Origin: Zancudomyces culisetae HAW-14-8
Lineage: Eukaryota; Fungi; Kickxellomycota
Assembly (NCBI GenBank): GCA_052426225.1
Contig: JBNJNM010000006.1
Location: forward strand, 372,001-436,000
Reading direction: 5' to 3'
DNA: 64,000 nt
The position numbers and the translations under genes are program-made. The notes below the pieces were generated by a model. It searched no databases and had not been told where the DNA came from. It saw nothing but the letters and a program-made list of their open reading frames with translations. Numbering within the stretch: the stretch's first letter is position 1; each line of letters opens with the position of its first letter. Of the stretch, positions 9,067 to 20,429 are shown in pieces.

Positions 9067-9466
9067 TGTTGCATAAATTTTCAAGTTATATTATTTATTT
9101 ATTTATATCAGTGCAACGACGCTGATATACTAATGTTTTGGTTCAGGACCGTTCACTTTATGATATATTACTATTTATTTAATTTATAAATAAAGAACTA
9201 ATTCGCTATGTGAAGAGAAAAATCCGACGAGGTACCTTGTGTCTACTAACGCTGTATATAAGAGTTTAAAACTAAATATAATCCATGTTAAAGTAAATAT
9301 AATAATAATAGTAAATACGAATCTAATTGTTGTATACAAGCAAAAACCACAATGGAGAAAATGCTTGTACGAGCACCTTCAACAATCAGATTCAGCGACA
9401 ATCATTAATTGTTCGGCAACGTGTCGCTATACGTGCCGAACCAGTAAACCAAATTTTTACACAACA
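9067..9466 (-). repeat. 3' LTR of tRNA-adjacent Gypsy element
   Basis: Repeat of 20022-20421; adjacent PPT reads AAAGGGGGGT on the minus strand. Confidence 0.95.
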
Positions 9467-9474
9467 ACCCCCCT

Positions 9475-12118
9475 TTAAGGTTCGATGGTCCCCATCGTAC
9501 TCGATCTTCGATGTTGTTGCGAGATTGTAGATCTGATTCTACTAGACATAATTTGAGGAATTCCAATCGTGTTATATTCTTTGAGTCTATCCCCATTGAC
9601 GATGTCAAAATTGTTATTAGCGTCGCGAATGTTGTATACTCCTTGACCTAGTCTGCTAATAATTATATATGGCCCTAACCATTTTTCCGCAAATTTCGAA
9701 TCAGGAATGTCGTTATGTTTTAACACATACTGTCCTACTTTGAATTCTACTTGCCTAATATTTCTATCGTACCTATCTTTTACATATTTTTTGTTGTAGT
9801 TATTTTATCAATTGCTATATCTCTGAGCTCTTTAAATTTTGAATTCACAAATTTTATTCTTTCAACAATAGCTTCTTCGATGTTTTCATTTGTGTCATCA
9901 TATGCCCATGAATCAGGCGTGGAAATTTCTATACCATATAATAATTCAGAACGAGATTTTTTTGTGATTCTGTTTTTAGTAGTTCTCATAACCAACAATG
10001 CTTTCCATAATAATTTATCCCAATTAATTTTATCATCCTTGCATATTTGCGATAACACATTTTTTATGTATTGATTTTGACGCTCCACTTGACCATTAGA
10101 TTGGGGTCTATAGGCAGTTGTAGGGCTATGGTTAATTCCCATGAATTTGTAAAAGTTTACTAATGCTTCGCTTAGAAAATTTGAGCCTCTATCCGTAATC
10201 AATTTCCTAGGGATACCAAAGTTTGAAATGACATCATAAACTAAAAAGTTGATAATTGTGTCAGATTGGACACTAGGTACTGCTTTACAAATCGGCCATT
10301 TTGTTAGGTAGTCGATAGCAGAGATAATATAACGATTTCCTTCTGCTGATGTGGGATTTATTGGTCCAATTATATCCAATCCAATAACATCGAAAGGTTG
10401 CAAGGCAATTAAGGATTGAATAAATTTTTCCTCTTATTAGATGATTTGTAACGCTGACAAACATCACAGAAATTAACTACGTGTTTAGTGATTTCAAACA
10501 ATTTTGGCGAATAATACTTTTCTTTTACAATATTCCAGGTATTATGAACTCCTAAGTGATTTTCGTTGTGCAATTCGATTATTTTTTCTTTGCAGTTCAA
10601 TTCGTGTAATACTTCACGAATGCCAAATTTTTTTGAATGTTTGAATAATTTGTCATTATCTAATTCGTATTTGATTGCATTTTTCCTTAATTCATTTCTG
10701 AAGAGTTCATCACTATTTCTTGGATATGTTTTATTAGCTAAATAATTTTAAATTGCATTATACTGTAGAATATCCATATAAAATATAGCTTTCGTATTTT
10801 CGTCATCATCATTTCCTTCCATATAAGCTTGCGATTTATCTTGACCGAATTGTGTACAACCGTTATTAGTTAGTTCGGATATAGTACTATTATCATTTGG
10901 GTTAACAGGAATGCATCTTGATATGAGGTCAGCCGGGTTATGCTTGCCTTTTCTATGTTCTAGCGTATAATCGTACTCCCTTAAGATGATAGCCCATCTG
11001 GCCAACCTGCCTGAAGCTTCCTTAGAATCAAATAGCCTAACCAAAGCTGAGTGATCCGTTACGATTTTGAACCTTCTTCCCCAAATATAGTTACGAAATT
11101 GGTTAACCGAGTAGATTATTGCTAACCCTTCAAGGTGAGTTATTGAATAGTTTTTTTCAGCCTTTTTCAATGATCTACTCACAAATGCAATAGGGTGTTC
11201 TCGACCATTCTGGATTCGACTGAGGATTCCACCAATACCTTGCTGTGACGCGTCGGTGGTTACAACAAATGGTATGTCCCAAATTGGGTGTGTTAACACG
11301 GGTGCCGTAGTTAACTTTTCTTTTAGCGTTTTCATTGCTGCTTCGCAGTCATCATTCCATATCCATATGTTATCTTTCTTTAATAAACTATTTAATGGAC
11401 CTGCTATTTGTGCGTAACCTTGAATAAATTTCCTATAGTAATTAGTAGTGCCAAGGAAGCTTTGAAGTTCTTTAATACTTTTGGGAGTAGGAATCTTTTC
11501 AATTGCTATTACTTTTTTAGGGTCAGTCTCTATCCCTCTAGACGAAATAATGTGTCCTAAATAATTCAAACGGGTCTGACCAAAGTTGCACTTTCCCGTG
11601 TTTAATTTAATTTTATGCTTCTTGAGTAAACTAAACACTTCTTTTAAATCCTTAACATGTTGTACCATATTTTTAGAGAATACCACGATGTCATCAACAA
11701 ATACCACGGCGGACTTCCACAATACTGAATGTAGTACTCTTTCCATAAGTCTTTGGAAAGTAGGTGGGCTGTTACATAGCCCAAAGGGCATCACATTGTA
11801 GCAGTATAACCCTTCTCCAGGTATTGTGAACGCCGATTTGTGTTTATCAGTTTCCTTCAGCTTGACTTGCCAGAACCCTGATAACGCATCAAGGGTGCTG
11901 AATACAGCTGATCCCGTAAGTGCTTCGAAAATGTCATTTATATTTGGAAGTGGGTAATTGTCTTTTTTGGTTACTGAATTTAATTTTCTGTAATCCGAAC
12001 AAATTCTAAGAGATCCGTTTTTTTTCCATACGGTTACGACCGGTGCACACCAATCCGAAAAGCAGGGTTCGATTATTCCTTTTTCTTTCATTATTTTTAA
12101 TTCTTTTCTTACTAAGTC
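9475..12118 (-). pseudogene. pol: 3' part of gag-pol: RT, RNase H, integrase with GPY/F tail; disrupted
   Basis: MPFGL and FVDD (RT), TTDAS (RNase H), HxxxHLG and CDVC, DDE core, WLGPY. In-frame TAA at 10748-10750 and frameshifts near 10410 and 9790. Confidence 0.92.
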
Positions 12119-12529
12119 TGTCAAGATCTGGAGTCAGGAGAGTTATATTTATTATTATTAAAGTTTATTGTATGAATGTATACAAGATACTAGATACTGA
12201 ATCCAAGACAGGAAAATTGTACCCTTTTTATACTTTTTTCCAGCCTTGGTTTTTGAACAAAATCACTATGAAAACTGCGGAATAGCTAAAAATGCAAGTT
12301 AAAGAAAAACGTGTTTGATTACTAATCCAATTTGATTAGTAATCAAACAAAAATCAAACTCGAATGCTAATAAAATTAAACATGTGAAAATTATTACGTA
12401 AGAAAAATTAATAAATAATGTGAATTTTCGGTAATGTTCTAGAATGTTGGGGAACATTCTAAACATTACTGCGGAATAAAATCAGATGATTCTAGAACGT
12501 TTTCGAACAGCTAGAATCAGTTCATGACA
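12119..12529 (-). repeat. 3' LTR of chromovirus copy 2 (411 bp)
   Basis: Reverse complement of the copy 1 LTR with a 1-bp indel. Confidence 0.96.
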
Positions 12530-12541
12530 CGACCTCCCCTC

Positions 12542-15500
12542 TTAAGGCTGAGCTCCGTGAAGCATTTGTGGTGGCTTTGGTTTTTCAGGATGGTGACGAT
12601 GGAATTCAGTGACAAGATATTTTGCATTTGCTAAGTCAGAATATGTTTGCCAGGTACGTTCAGTGTCTGGGTATCCTTTCCAGTGTACCAGGTATTTGAC
12701 AGTTCTACCAAATATTTTACTATCTAGGATTTTCTCAACTTCATATTCTTCTTGACCGTCAATGATCACAGGTGGAAGCGGTTTTGATAGTCTGTCTGGG
12801 ATCAGATCTGGTTTACAAGGTTCAAGGAGATTGACGTGGAATACTGGGTGAATCTTCATTGTGTGTGGTAGCTGAAGTTTGTATGATCTTTGTCCAATCT
12901 TTTCCAATACTTTGAATGGACCAAGTTTCCGATAGTCAAGCTTCTTGCTTGGTCTTTGAGTCCTGATGTTTTTAGTTGATAGATAGACAAGATCACCAAT
13001 GTTGAAGTCAGGTTGTGATGATACTTTTCGGTTGTAGTATTTCTCATGGTCTTCAAGGGCAAGGGAGATGTTAAACTTCAGTTCTTGGTGGATATCAGAT
13101 AGTCGTTTGGATCTATCAGAGGAGGCAGGATTTAAAACTTGAGTACGAGGGATTATGACTGAGAAGCGTGGATGGAAGCCATAGTTGGCGTAGAAAGGTG
13201 TGGTTTTAGTAGAAGCATGAGATGTGTTGTTGTAGGCGAATTCGGCAATTGGTAAGCACTTTGACCAATCAGTTTGTTGGTAATCAATGTAGCACCTGAG
13301 ATACTGTTCCAATACTGAGTTTACGCGTTCAGTTTGTCCATCTGTCTGAGGATGGAATGCGGTGGACATTTTCTGTTCAATATTCAGTGATTTCATTAGA
13401 TAACGCATGAATGATGAATTGAAGGTCACACCTCTATCAGATACGATGTCTTTAGGGAGCCCATGTTTGCAGAAGACATGTTGGATAAATAGATCTGCAG
13501 TACCTTCAGCATCAATTTCATTGGTTGTGGGAACAAAATGCGCCATCTTGGTAAGGCGATCCACAAATACACAGATTGCAGTAAAGTTATTGGATGGAGG
13601 TAGCTGAGTGATGAAGTCGACAGAAACAGATGACCAAGGTGAATCAGGAACGGGAAGTGGAGCGAGGTAGCCATATGGTTTATGGCGAGAGGATTTGTTG
13701 CGTTGACAGGTATCGCAACCAGAGATGTAGTCTTTGATATATTTTCTCATGGTTGGCCAGTAAAAGTTGCGAGATACAAGTTCGTATGTCTTTGCATTTC
13801 CAAAGTGGCCGACAGCAGGGGAATCATGGCATTCAATCAGAATTGTTCTTTTGATGTTGTCGTCCGAGGGGATACAGATTAGTCCATCATAGTGCAGAAG
13901 ATTGTCAACAAGAGCGAACTTTTCATGGGAATCAGGTTTCTTGGATAAGTCAGTGTAAATGGGTCCAAAGTACGTGTCTTTGGGTTGTAGTGACTTGATG
14001 TTGTTCATGAGCGTGGAGGACAAAGGTTCAACAGGTGTACTAGTCATGGACTTCAAGAAGATTTCAGGAGGCAGCAAAGTTATTTTGTTTTGGTCAGTAC
14101 GGGAGTCACCCCCCTTCCAAGGTTGGTCTTTCCGAGAAAGAGCATCGGCGGCAGTGTTCTGTTTTCCAGGGCGGTACTTGATGACAAAGTTGAAGTTACT
14201 GAGGTATTCTGACCATCTGACTTGGCGGCGACTAAGATTTCTGATAGTGGAGAAGTATTCCAAGTTTTTATGGTCGGTCATAACAACGGTTGGGTGTACA
14301 GAAAATTCAAGGTAGTGACGCCAGTGAGCAAAAGCGTCGATAATTGCTAACAGTTCCTTATCATAGATTTGATAATTCACTTCAGCAGGCAGGAGTTTCC
14401 GGGAGTAGTATGCAACAGGGTGGAGTTGTCCCTCGTTGTCATACTGGCTGCAAATGGCACCTAATGCAAAATCTGATGCATCGGTTTCGATGATACAAGG
14501 CTGGTCAGGATTGTAGTGAGCTAAGACTGGGTTACTGATCATGGTTTCTTTTAGCAAGGCGAAAGCTTCTTCAGCTTTGGGTGTCCACTGGAATTGAACA
14601 CCTTTTTTCAACAAGGCGGTGAGTGGCAGAGATATCTTGGAGTAGTTCAGAATAAAACGGCGGTAGAAGTTTGTAAGGCCAAGGAATACCTGAACGTCAC
14701 GGACACAAGTTGGTGTCTTCCATTCGGTGACGCTGGATACTTTTGATGGATCCATGGAGATTCCGTTGGGGCCAATTACAAAACCGAGGAACTGTACTGA
14801 TTGTACATCAAACTCACATTTCTCTAGCTTGAGGGTGAGATTGTGTTCCTGAAGCTTCTTCAAGACAAGGCAGACGTGGTCATAGTGCTTATCGATATCA
14901 TCTGAGTAGATTAACAGATCATCGATGTACACAACAAGGAATTGATCAATGTATTCACGGAAGAGATCGTTAACAAAGGACTGGAACGTGGCTGGAGCAT
15001 TCATAAGGCCAAACGGCATGACCTTATACTCGAAGTGGCCGTAGCGTGTACGAAACGCGGTCTTCCATTCTTCACCAGGCGAGATCCTGATCATGTGGTA
15101 TGCGGATTTCATATCCAGCTTGGTGAATATCTTGGCTTTGCCAAGCCGATCCAAGGTTTCAGAGATGAGTGGCAAGGCTGCACGGTTGGGGACAGTGATC
15201 TTATTCAGGGCTCTATAGTCGACGCACAACCGGAGACTACCATCTTTCTTTTTTACAAATAGGACGGGAGCCCCAGCCGGGGATTCAGAGCGTTGGATAA
15301 AACCATTGGCTAGGTTTTCCTGAATGTAGTCGTACAGGGTCTTTAGTTCCAATTGGGAAAGGTTGTACAATGGGCCATATGGTATCTTTGAGACAGGAAG
15401 CAAAGGAATGGTATGATCATATGGACGATGTTCAGGCAGTTTGGCAGATTGGGATTCAGAGAAGACAGATTCAAACATTTTATACTTTTCAGGGATTACA

Positions 15501-16120
15501 GGAGTAACAGGGGTTTCAGGATTAGATTCAGAGACAAGACAGAGATTTTCACAGGATTCAGGAGCTACAAGAGATTCAAGATTGTTCACGGTAATTGCAC
15601 CAGCATAGACAGTGTCTGGTGCCTTCAGATGTTCTTTAAACTGGTTTGAGCCCACAAGAGATATGTCTAGGTTGACATGGTTGGGCCCACAAGAAGTCAA
15701 GGTACAAGGCAGATGGACTATGTTCTCAGTCCAGTTGATGTCAGGATTGTGTTGTTGAAGCCAGGAAAGACCAAGGATGATTGGTGAAGATCCAAGGTCT
15801 ATTTGTTGCAGATTGATACTTTCGAGATGGTTATCATTGATTTTTAGTGTTACTTGGGAGGCAGAGTTGGATCTAAGCTTTGATCCGTCAGCGAGAGTGA
15901 TTGTCATTTTTCTAGATATAGATGGGAGATTGTTTTTTAGAGCAAAGGTGGCGTCAATGAACGAGGACGAAGCACCAGAATCAACCATAGCGTAGGTTTT
16001 GATGTGGTGGTGCTTGGACAAGATGGTTACAGGAATGGTCAAGGTGTTTGGTTTATCAGGAGATTGGGTGTCAGAAACAGGAGTGGTTACAGTGGCGTGG
16101 GGACTGGCTAAGTTGCCCAA
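12542..16120 (-). CDS. pol: Pol polyprotein of copy 2
   Basis: 1192 aa with only a handful of differences from copy 1; slippery site at 16153-16159. Confidence 0.97.
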   Translation of the reverse strand: MGNLASPHATVTTPVSDTQSPDKPNTLTIPVTILSKHHHIKTYAMVDSGASSSFIDATFALKNNLPSISRKMTITLADGSKLRSNSASQVTLKINDNHLESINLQQIDLGSSPIILGLSWLQQHNPDINWTENIVHLPCTLTSCGPNHVNLDISLVGSNQFKEHLKAPDTVYAGAITVNNLESLVAPESCENLCLVSESNPETPVTPVIPEKYKMFESVFSESQSAKLPEHRPYDHTIPLLPVSKIPYGPLYNLSQLELKTLYDYIQENLANGFIQRSESPAGAPVLFVKKKDGSLRLCVDYRALNKITVPNRAALPLISETLDRLGKAKIFTKLDMKSAYHMIRISPGEEWKTAFRTRYGHFEYKVMPFGLMNAPATFQSFVNDLFREYIDQFLVVYIDDLLIYSDDIDKHYDHVCLVLKKLQEHNLTLKLEKCEFDVQSVQFLGFVIGPNGISMDPSKVSSVTEWKTPTCVRDVQVFLGLTNFYRRFILNYSKISLPLTALLKKGVQFQWTPKAEEAFALLKETMISNPVLAHYNPDQPCIIETDASDFALGAICSQYDNEGQLHPVAYYSRKLLPAEVNYQIYDKELLAIIDAFAHWRHYLEFSVHPTVVMTDHKNLEYFSTIRNLSRRQVRWSEYLSNFNFVIKYRPGKQNTAADALSRKDQPWKGGDSRTDQNKITLLPPEIFLKSMTSTPVEPLSSTLMNNIKSLQPKDTYFGPIYTDLSKKPDSHEKFALVDNLLHYDGLICIPSDDNIKRTILIECHDSPAVGHFGNAKTYELVSRNFYWPTMRKYIKDYISGCDTCQRNKSSRHKPYGYLAPLPVPDSPWSSVSVDFITQLPPSNNFTAICVFVDRLTKMAHFVPTTNEIDAEGTADLFIQHVFCKHGLPKDIVSDRGVTFNSSFMRYLMKSLNIEQKMSTAFHPQTDGQTERVNSVLEQYLRCYIDYQQTDWSKCLPIAEFAYNNTSHASTKTTPFYANYGFHPRFSVIIPRTQVLNPASSDRSKRLSDIHQELKFNISLALEDHEKYYNRKVSSQPDFNIGDLVYLSTKNIRTQRPSKKLDYRKLGPFKVLEKIGQRSYKLQLPHTMKIHPVFHVNLLEPCKPDLIPDRLSKPLPPVIIDGQEEYEVEKILDSKIFGRTVKYLVHWKGYPDTERTWQTYSDLANAKYLVTEFHRHHPEKPKPPQMLHGAQP

Positions 16121-16137
16121 TAGGTGTCCCTTACTGT

Positions 16138-17358
16138 CTACTGGGCGGTGTCGTTTTCCTGTGTTGGTGTAATGCTGGAGATGTTGTGGCGTTTCTTTGG
16201 ACAGTTGATGTTGAAATGATCATTACCGCCACAATAGAGACAGAGGTTGTTTTCGATACGGTATGCCCTTTGAGCAGGAGTAAGTGGTGGTCTTCTAGTC
16301 GATGAAGCGGTACTGAGATCCATTGGTTGAGGTCCATCACTATTAGCTGGTGGAGTGGTAGATGGTGCAGAAACAGGTGAAGCAAACGGGTTGTAAGCAG
16401 TGGGTTTGGGTGGCATAGTTGCAGTGGGGTTAACTGGAGGTTGACGACGTTGTGGATGGCTGAAGAGGCGGTTGTCGATCTGGATGGCTGTAGAGATCAG
16501 GGTATCGATGTCTTCTATTGGTTCTCTACGGTTGAGTTCTTGGGATACGTTGTACTTGAGACCGGATAGAAACTGTGAGATCAAAGGTGGTTGGTTCCAG
16601 TCAATTAACATCTGTAGGCGTCTAAACTCGGTGGCATATGCGGCAACGGAAGTGGTTTGGCGGAGTTGGCGGATTGCCCTATCAGCATTCTCAATAGGGT
16701 TGGGATCACCAAAGGCACGAGTGATAGTTTCTTTAAACAGATTGTAGTTGGAGAGGATGGCAGGACGATCAGACTCTGGAAGGTTTGCTTTCATGAGGTA
16801 AGGTTCCATGTAACTGAATGGTGTGCCTGAGAGGTAGGAGATGGAATACAAGACTTTACTTGAGTCTGTGTTGAATTTATCGGGTGAAGCGGCAAAGACG
16901 AGAGCAAGCTGTGAAAAGAAGTTGGAACAGGCGGAGGGTTTTCCTGAAAATGTGTCTGGGTGTCTGACTTTGATACTAGGTTCAGAAGTACTAGCAACTT
17001 TGGTGGCACGGTTTTCAGTTATATAAAGTATGACTTCGTTCCTGAGGGTACTGAGCTGGTCCTGAAGGGATTGGATTTCCAACTGATTGGCCTGTATGGC
17101 GCTTTGGGTTAGCTGGTCTGAATTCTGGATATCGGACTGGAGGTTGTTCATGGAGTCAAGAATGGTCTGGATGGACTTGGTGGTGTCTGCTTTGACCTTG
17201 TCATAAATTTTCATGGATACTGTGGCAGGGTGTTCCTTGATGGCAGACTCGGCTGTTTCTACTCTTATTAGTAGTTGCTGGAGGGCTTCTTCAACTGCTC
17301 GCAGGGTCACGGCGGCTTTGTTGAGGAATTCAACTTGTTCTGGGCTAAACGGTTCCAT
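16138..17358 (-). CDS. gag: Gag of copy 2
   Basis: 406 aa, near-identical to 1919-3139. Confidence 0.95.
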   Translation of the reverse strand: MEPFSPEQVEFLNKAAVTLRAVEEALQQLLIRVETAESAIKEHPATVSMKIYDKVKADTTKSIQTILDSMNNLQSDIQNSDQLTQSAIQANQLEIQSLQDQLSTLRNEVILYITENRATKVASTSEPSIKVRHPDTFSGKPSACSNFFSQLALVFAASPDKFNTDSSKVLYSISYLSGTPFSYMEPYLMKANLPESDRPAILSNYNLFKETITRAFGDPNPIENADRAIRQLRQTTSVAAYATEFRRLQMLIDWNQPPLISQFLSGLKYNVSQELNRREPIEDIDTLISTAIQIDNRLFSHPQRRQPPVNPTATMPPKPTAYNPFASPVSAPSTTPPANSDGPQPMDLSTASSTRRPPLTPAQRAYRIENNLCLYCGGNDHFNINCPKKRHNISSITPTQENDTAQ

Positions 17359-17418
17359 GGTTAAAATACTTAGGCTGGTGTCAGAAAATAATAAATAATA
17401 TATTTTGATCTAGTATAG

Positions 17419-17830
17419 TGTCAAGATCTGGAGTCTGGAGAGTTATATTTATTATTATTAAAGTTTATTGTATGAATGTATACAAGATACTAGATACTGA
17501 ATCCAAGACAGGAAAATTGTACCCTTTTTATACTTTTTTCCAGCCTTGGTTTTTGAACAAAATCACTATGAAAACTGCGGAATAGCTAAATATGCAAGTT
17601 AAAGAAAAACGTGTTTGATTACTAATCCAATTTGATTAGTAATCAAACAAAAATCAAACTCGAATGCTAATAAAATTAAACATGTGAAAATTATTACGTA
17701 AGAAAAATTAATAAATAATGTGAATTTTCGGTAATGTTCTAGAATGTTGGGGAACATTCTAAACATTACTGCGGAATAAAATCAGATGATTCTAGAACGT
17801 TTTCGAACATTCTAGAATCAGTTCATGACA
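17419..17830 (-). repeat. 5' LTR of chromovirus copy 2
   Basis: 412 bp; self-priming PBS at 17408-17416. Confidence 0.96.
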
Positions 17831-19959
17831 AAGTCCTTCATAACATTAGGTATTCGGTACGGTCTTATTTTAATTGGACTAGCTTCTCCAGTGTCTATCC
17901 CATGTTCGATCACGTTTGTTGAAGTAAGTTGCGTGTATTCATCTGCAAATATATCTTTATATTCCTCAATTAGTACCTTTATGGTAGGCTCCAATGTTGT
18001 ACTATGTGCCTTTTCATCAACCTCTTTTCCTATCCCAAATATTTCCACGTCATTATCTTTAGAGTAAGTCTGTATTTGTGCTTTATTTATCTCGTTAGTA
18101 GAGAATGAAATCTGTACAGTTGTAAACTGATTCGTGATGGACAGTTTTTGGTTCTCTACATTGACATTTGCTTTATATTTTCTCATCCAGTCAATACCCA
18201 ATATCATAAGTTCGGTAGGTATGTTCATGATTATTAACTCCGTACTAAAAATTTGTTGAGAAATTGTTATTGGCAGTTCTGATATTTTGCCCAACGATAT
18301 ATGTTTCTTGCCATCTGCAGTGACAATTGACTCAACCGATCTTTGATCAGCTTGAATTCCTAGTTTATCTACTAACATCTTTGAAATCACACTACACGCT
18401 GCTCCAGTATCTATAATGGTAAGACACTTTTTTCCTAAAATTTCTACAAACGTTCTGCAATTAGTAAGTTTGTCGTTGTATAATGAATTAACTGGTCTTA
18501 TAGTTGTTGTGTCTTTATATAGTTTGATTAGTTGAGATTGTACTGTTGGAGCAATGTCGATTAGTTGTGGTATACTAATGTTAGCTTTTACTCTTGATAG
18601 GTCTTCGAATAATGAGTATCTTTTGATTTCTGGGTTATTAACTACGCTTCTAGTTTTCTTGATACTATTGTTAGATTTATCTGTAGTTTCTCTGGTTTCC
18701 TGTGATTGCATATATACGTCTGGTATAACAGTATCATTTTCTGGTTGCTTTTCCGGGCTTACTTCTTGTCCGAGGTTATTATTCAAATGTATTTTCTTAA
18801 CAGCGGACTGTTCTCCAGCTTGTTTGAAACCTGCCCCCATGTTCTTTCTTTTCTCGGCCATATATACTTCATTAAGTTCTTCTGTAAAGTAATCAGCTGC
18901 TTGATAGTCATTAGTAGTATTGCCAAATACCAGCTGGTCACTGTCATAGCTATTAATATCTACGCACCGTTCCACTTCCAAACAGTTTACTGCCTTATGG
19001 TCGGTATGCTGGCTTATATCAGGCTGAGACTGTTGAACCGTATTACTTCTCGTATTAACGTCGACCTTGTTTTCATAAGGTGAAGTGTTTGGTTTTATAT
19101 ATCCCTTCTTGACATTAGCTCTGGAGTCATATCTGTTGTTTTCGTTACGTTGAGCATAGTTGCTATAGCTGTGATCATTTCTGTTTCTAGTAAATTGATT
19201 ATTATTAACCGTAGATCTTATGTACTCCATTACATTAATACTAAGATCATCAAACTTTCCAATTAATACTTCCATTTCTGACTTAGAATTTATATCGTCT
19301 TTATTTATCTGCACTTCTCCCTTACATGACAATTTTGGCACTTCGTTTATTACTCCACTTAAATTATCGACATCCTCTACTTCACAAAGTATGTCGATAG
19401 CACTTTCATAAGTTTCAACCCCTCCTTTAATCAACATTTTTCTCTTTTCTGGTGTGATAGCATTCCACAGGTATTTAATTTTTAATTGCTCATCTTTTAT
19501 TTTGGCATCCTTTGCCAACTTTTCCAACCGATATGATAACATATCGATGTCTTCTCCTGGTTCCTGCTTCAGCACTTTTAAACTATTCCAAGCACTATAC
19601 TCTTGCTGTTTTCCCGCAAACTTATTGGCAAACATTTCTTTTAGCTCTTTCCAAGATTTGAACTTCTCTTCATTACATTCAAACCATAATCGTGCTTTAC
19701 CCTCCAAGTAATACTCCAATATTTCTACTGTTTCAACCTCGCTCCATCCACTGTGCATTGCAAAAAGATTATACCTTTTCAACCACTTCAAGGCATCTTC
19801 TCCTGATTCTGAATTAAATTTTTCTGGTTCAAGTCTTGTACTAGCTACTCGTTTAGCTGCTAGCACTGCAGTACATTCATTTTGATTATTACTATTAAGT
19901 TTTGTTTTAGTTTCGGTAGCACCGTCAGTGCTCTTAACCTCCTTTTTTGGAATTGTCAT
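17831..19959 (-). pseudogene. gag: 5' part of gag-pol of the older element: Gag, protease, RT N-terminus
   Basis: PEKF...WL...YLEGKARLWF capsid; IIDTGA protease; HGIDTGEASPIKIRPYR. The frame joins the downstream part across the TSD as PNVMKD-LVRKEL. Confidence 0.92.
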
Positions 19960-19999
19960 TATATATAAATCACTATAAAAAAGATCATAAAAGCTAGTG

Positions 20000-20016
20000 T
20001 CCTGGCTGGATCACCA
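20000..20016 (-). other. Primer-binding site, probably tRNA-Arg
   Basis: TGGTGATCCAGCCAGGA 5 nt after the 5' LTR. Its complement ...TCCTGGCTGGATCA-CCA resembles eukaryotic tRNA-Arg(ACG) 3' ends. Confidence 0.7.
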
Positions 20017-20021
20017 TATTC

Positions 20022-20421
20022 TGTTGCATAAATTTTCAAGTTTTATTATTTATTTATTTATATCAGTGCAACGACGCTGATATACTAATGTTTTGGTTCA
20101 GGACCGTTCACTTTATGATATATTACTATTTATTTAATTTATAAATAAAGAACTAATTCGCTATGTGAAGAGAAAAATCCGACGAGGTACCTTGTGTCTA
20201 CTAACGCTGTATATAAGAGTTTAAAACTAAATATAATCCATGTTAAAGTAAATATAATAATAATAGTAAATACGAATCTAATTGTTGTATACAAGCAAAA
20301 ACCACAATGATGACAATGCTTGTACGAGCACCTTCAACAATCAGATTCAGCGACAATCATTAATTGTTCGGCAACGTGTCGCTATACGTGCCGAACCAGT
20401 AAACCAAATTTTTACATAACA
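20022..20421 (-). repeat. 5' LTR of tRNA-adjacent Gypsy element
   Basis: Repeat of 9067-9466; followed by CGAC 20422-20425. Confidence 0.95.
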
Positions 20422-20429
20422 CGACACAT

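Larger units (their letters stand above)
12119..17830 (-). mobile_element. Intact Ty3/Gypsy chromovirus, copy 2, nested in the RT of the older element
   Basis: LTRs 12119-12529 and 17419-17830; TSD AAGTC (12114-12118, 17831-17835); near-identical to copy 1. Confidence 0.98.
9067..20421 (-). mobile_element. Degenerate non-chromoviral Ty3/Gypsy element, interrupted by chromovirus copy 2 and inserted next to tRNA-Met
   Basis: 400-bp LTRs 9067-9466 and 20022-20421 (about 5 differences); 4-bp TSD CGAC; PPT 9467-9476; tRNA-type PBS 20000-20016; single gag-pol frame. Confidence 0.95.

Noticed and set aside
8249-9466. Hammerhead or HDV ribozyme (retrozyme) in the hairpin-rich LTR stack
   Set aside because: No CUGANGA...GAAA core or HDV topology found by eye; GGACGTAAAAC only superficially resembles a hammerhead.
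10748-10750. Programmed stop readthrough between RNase H and integrase
   Set aside because: The element also has two frameshifts and a nested insertion, so simple decay is more likely.
7160-12118. Possible inversion of the segment between the two inverted chromoviruses
   Set aside because: Each copy keeps matching TSDs (GTTTC/GTTTC, AAGTC/AAGTC) and the host pol frame rejoins, so no net inversion has occurred.
1864-17398. Many short overlapping or antisense ORFs inside the retrotransposons
   Set aside because: Shadow frames of gag/pol; they recur only because the element is duplicated.
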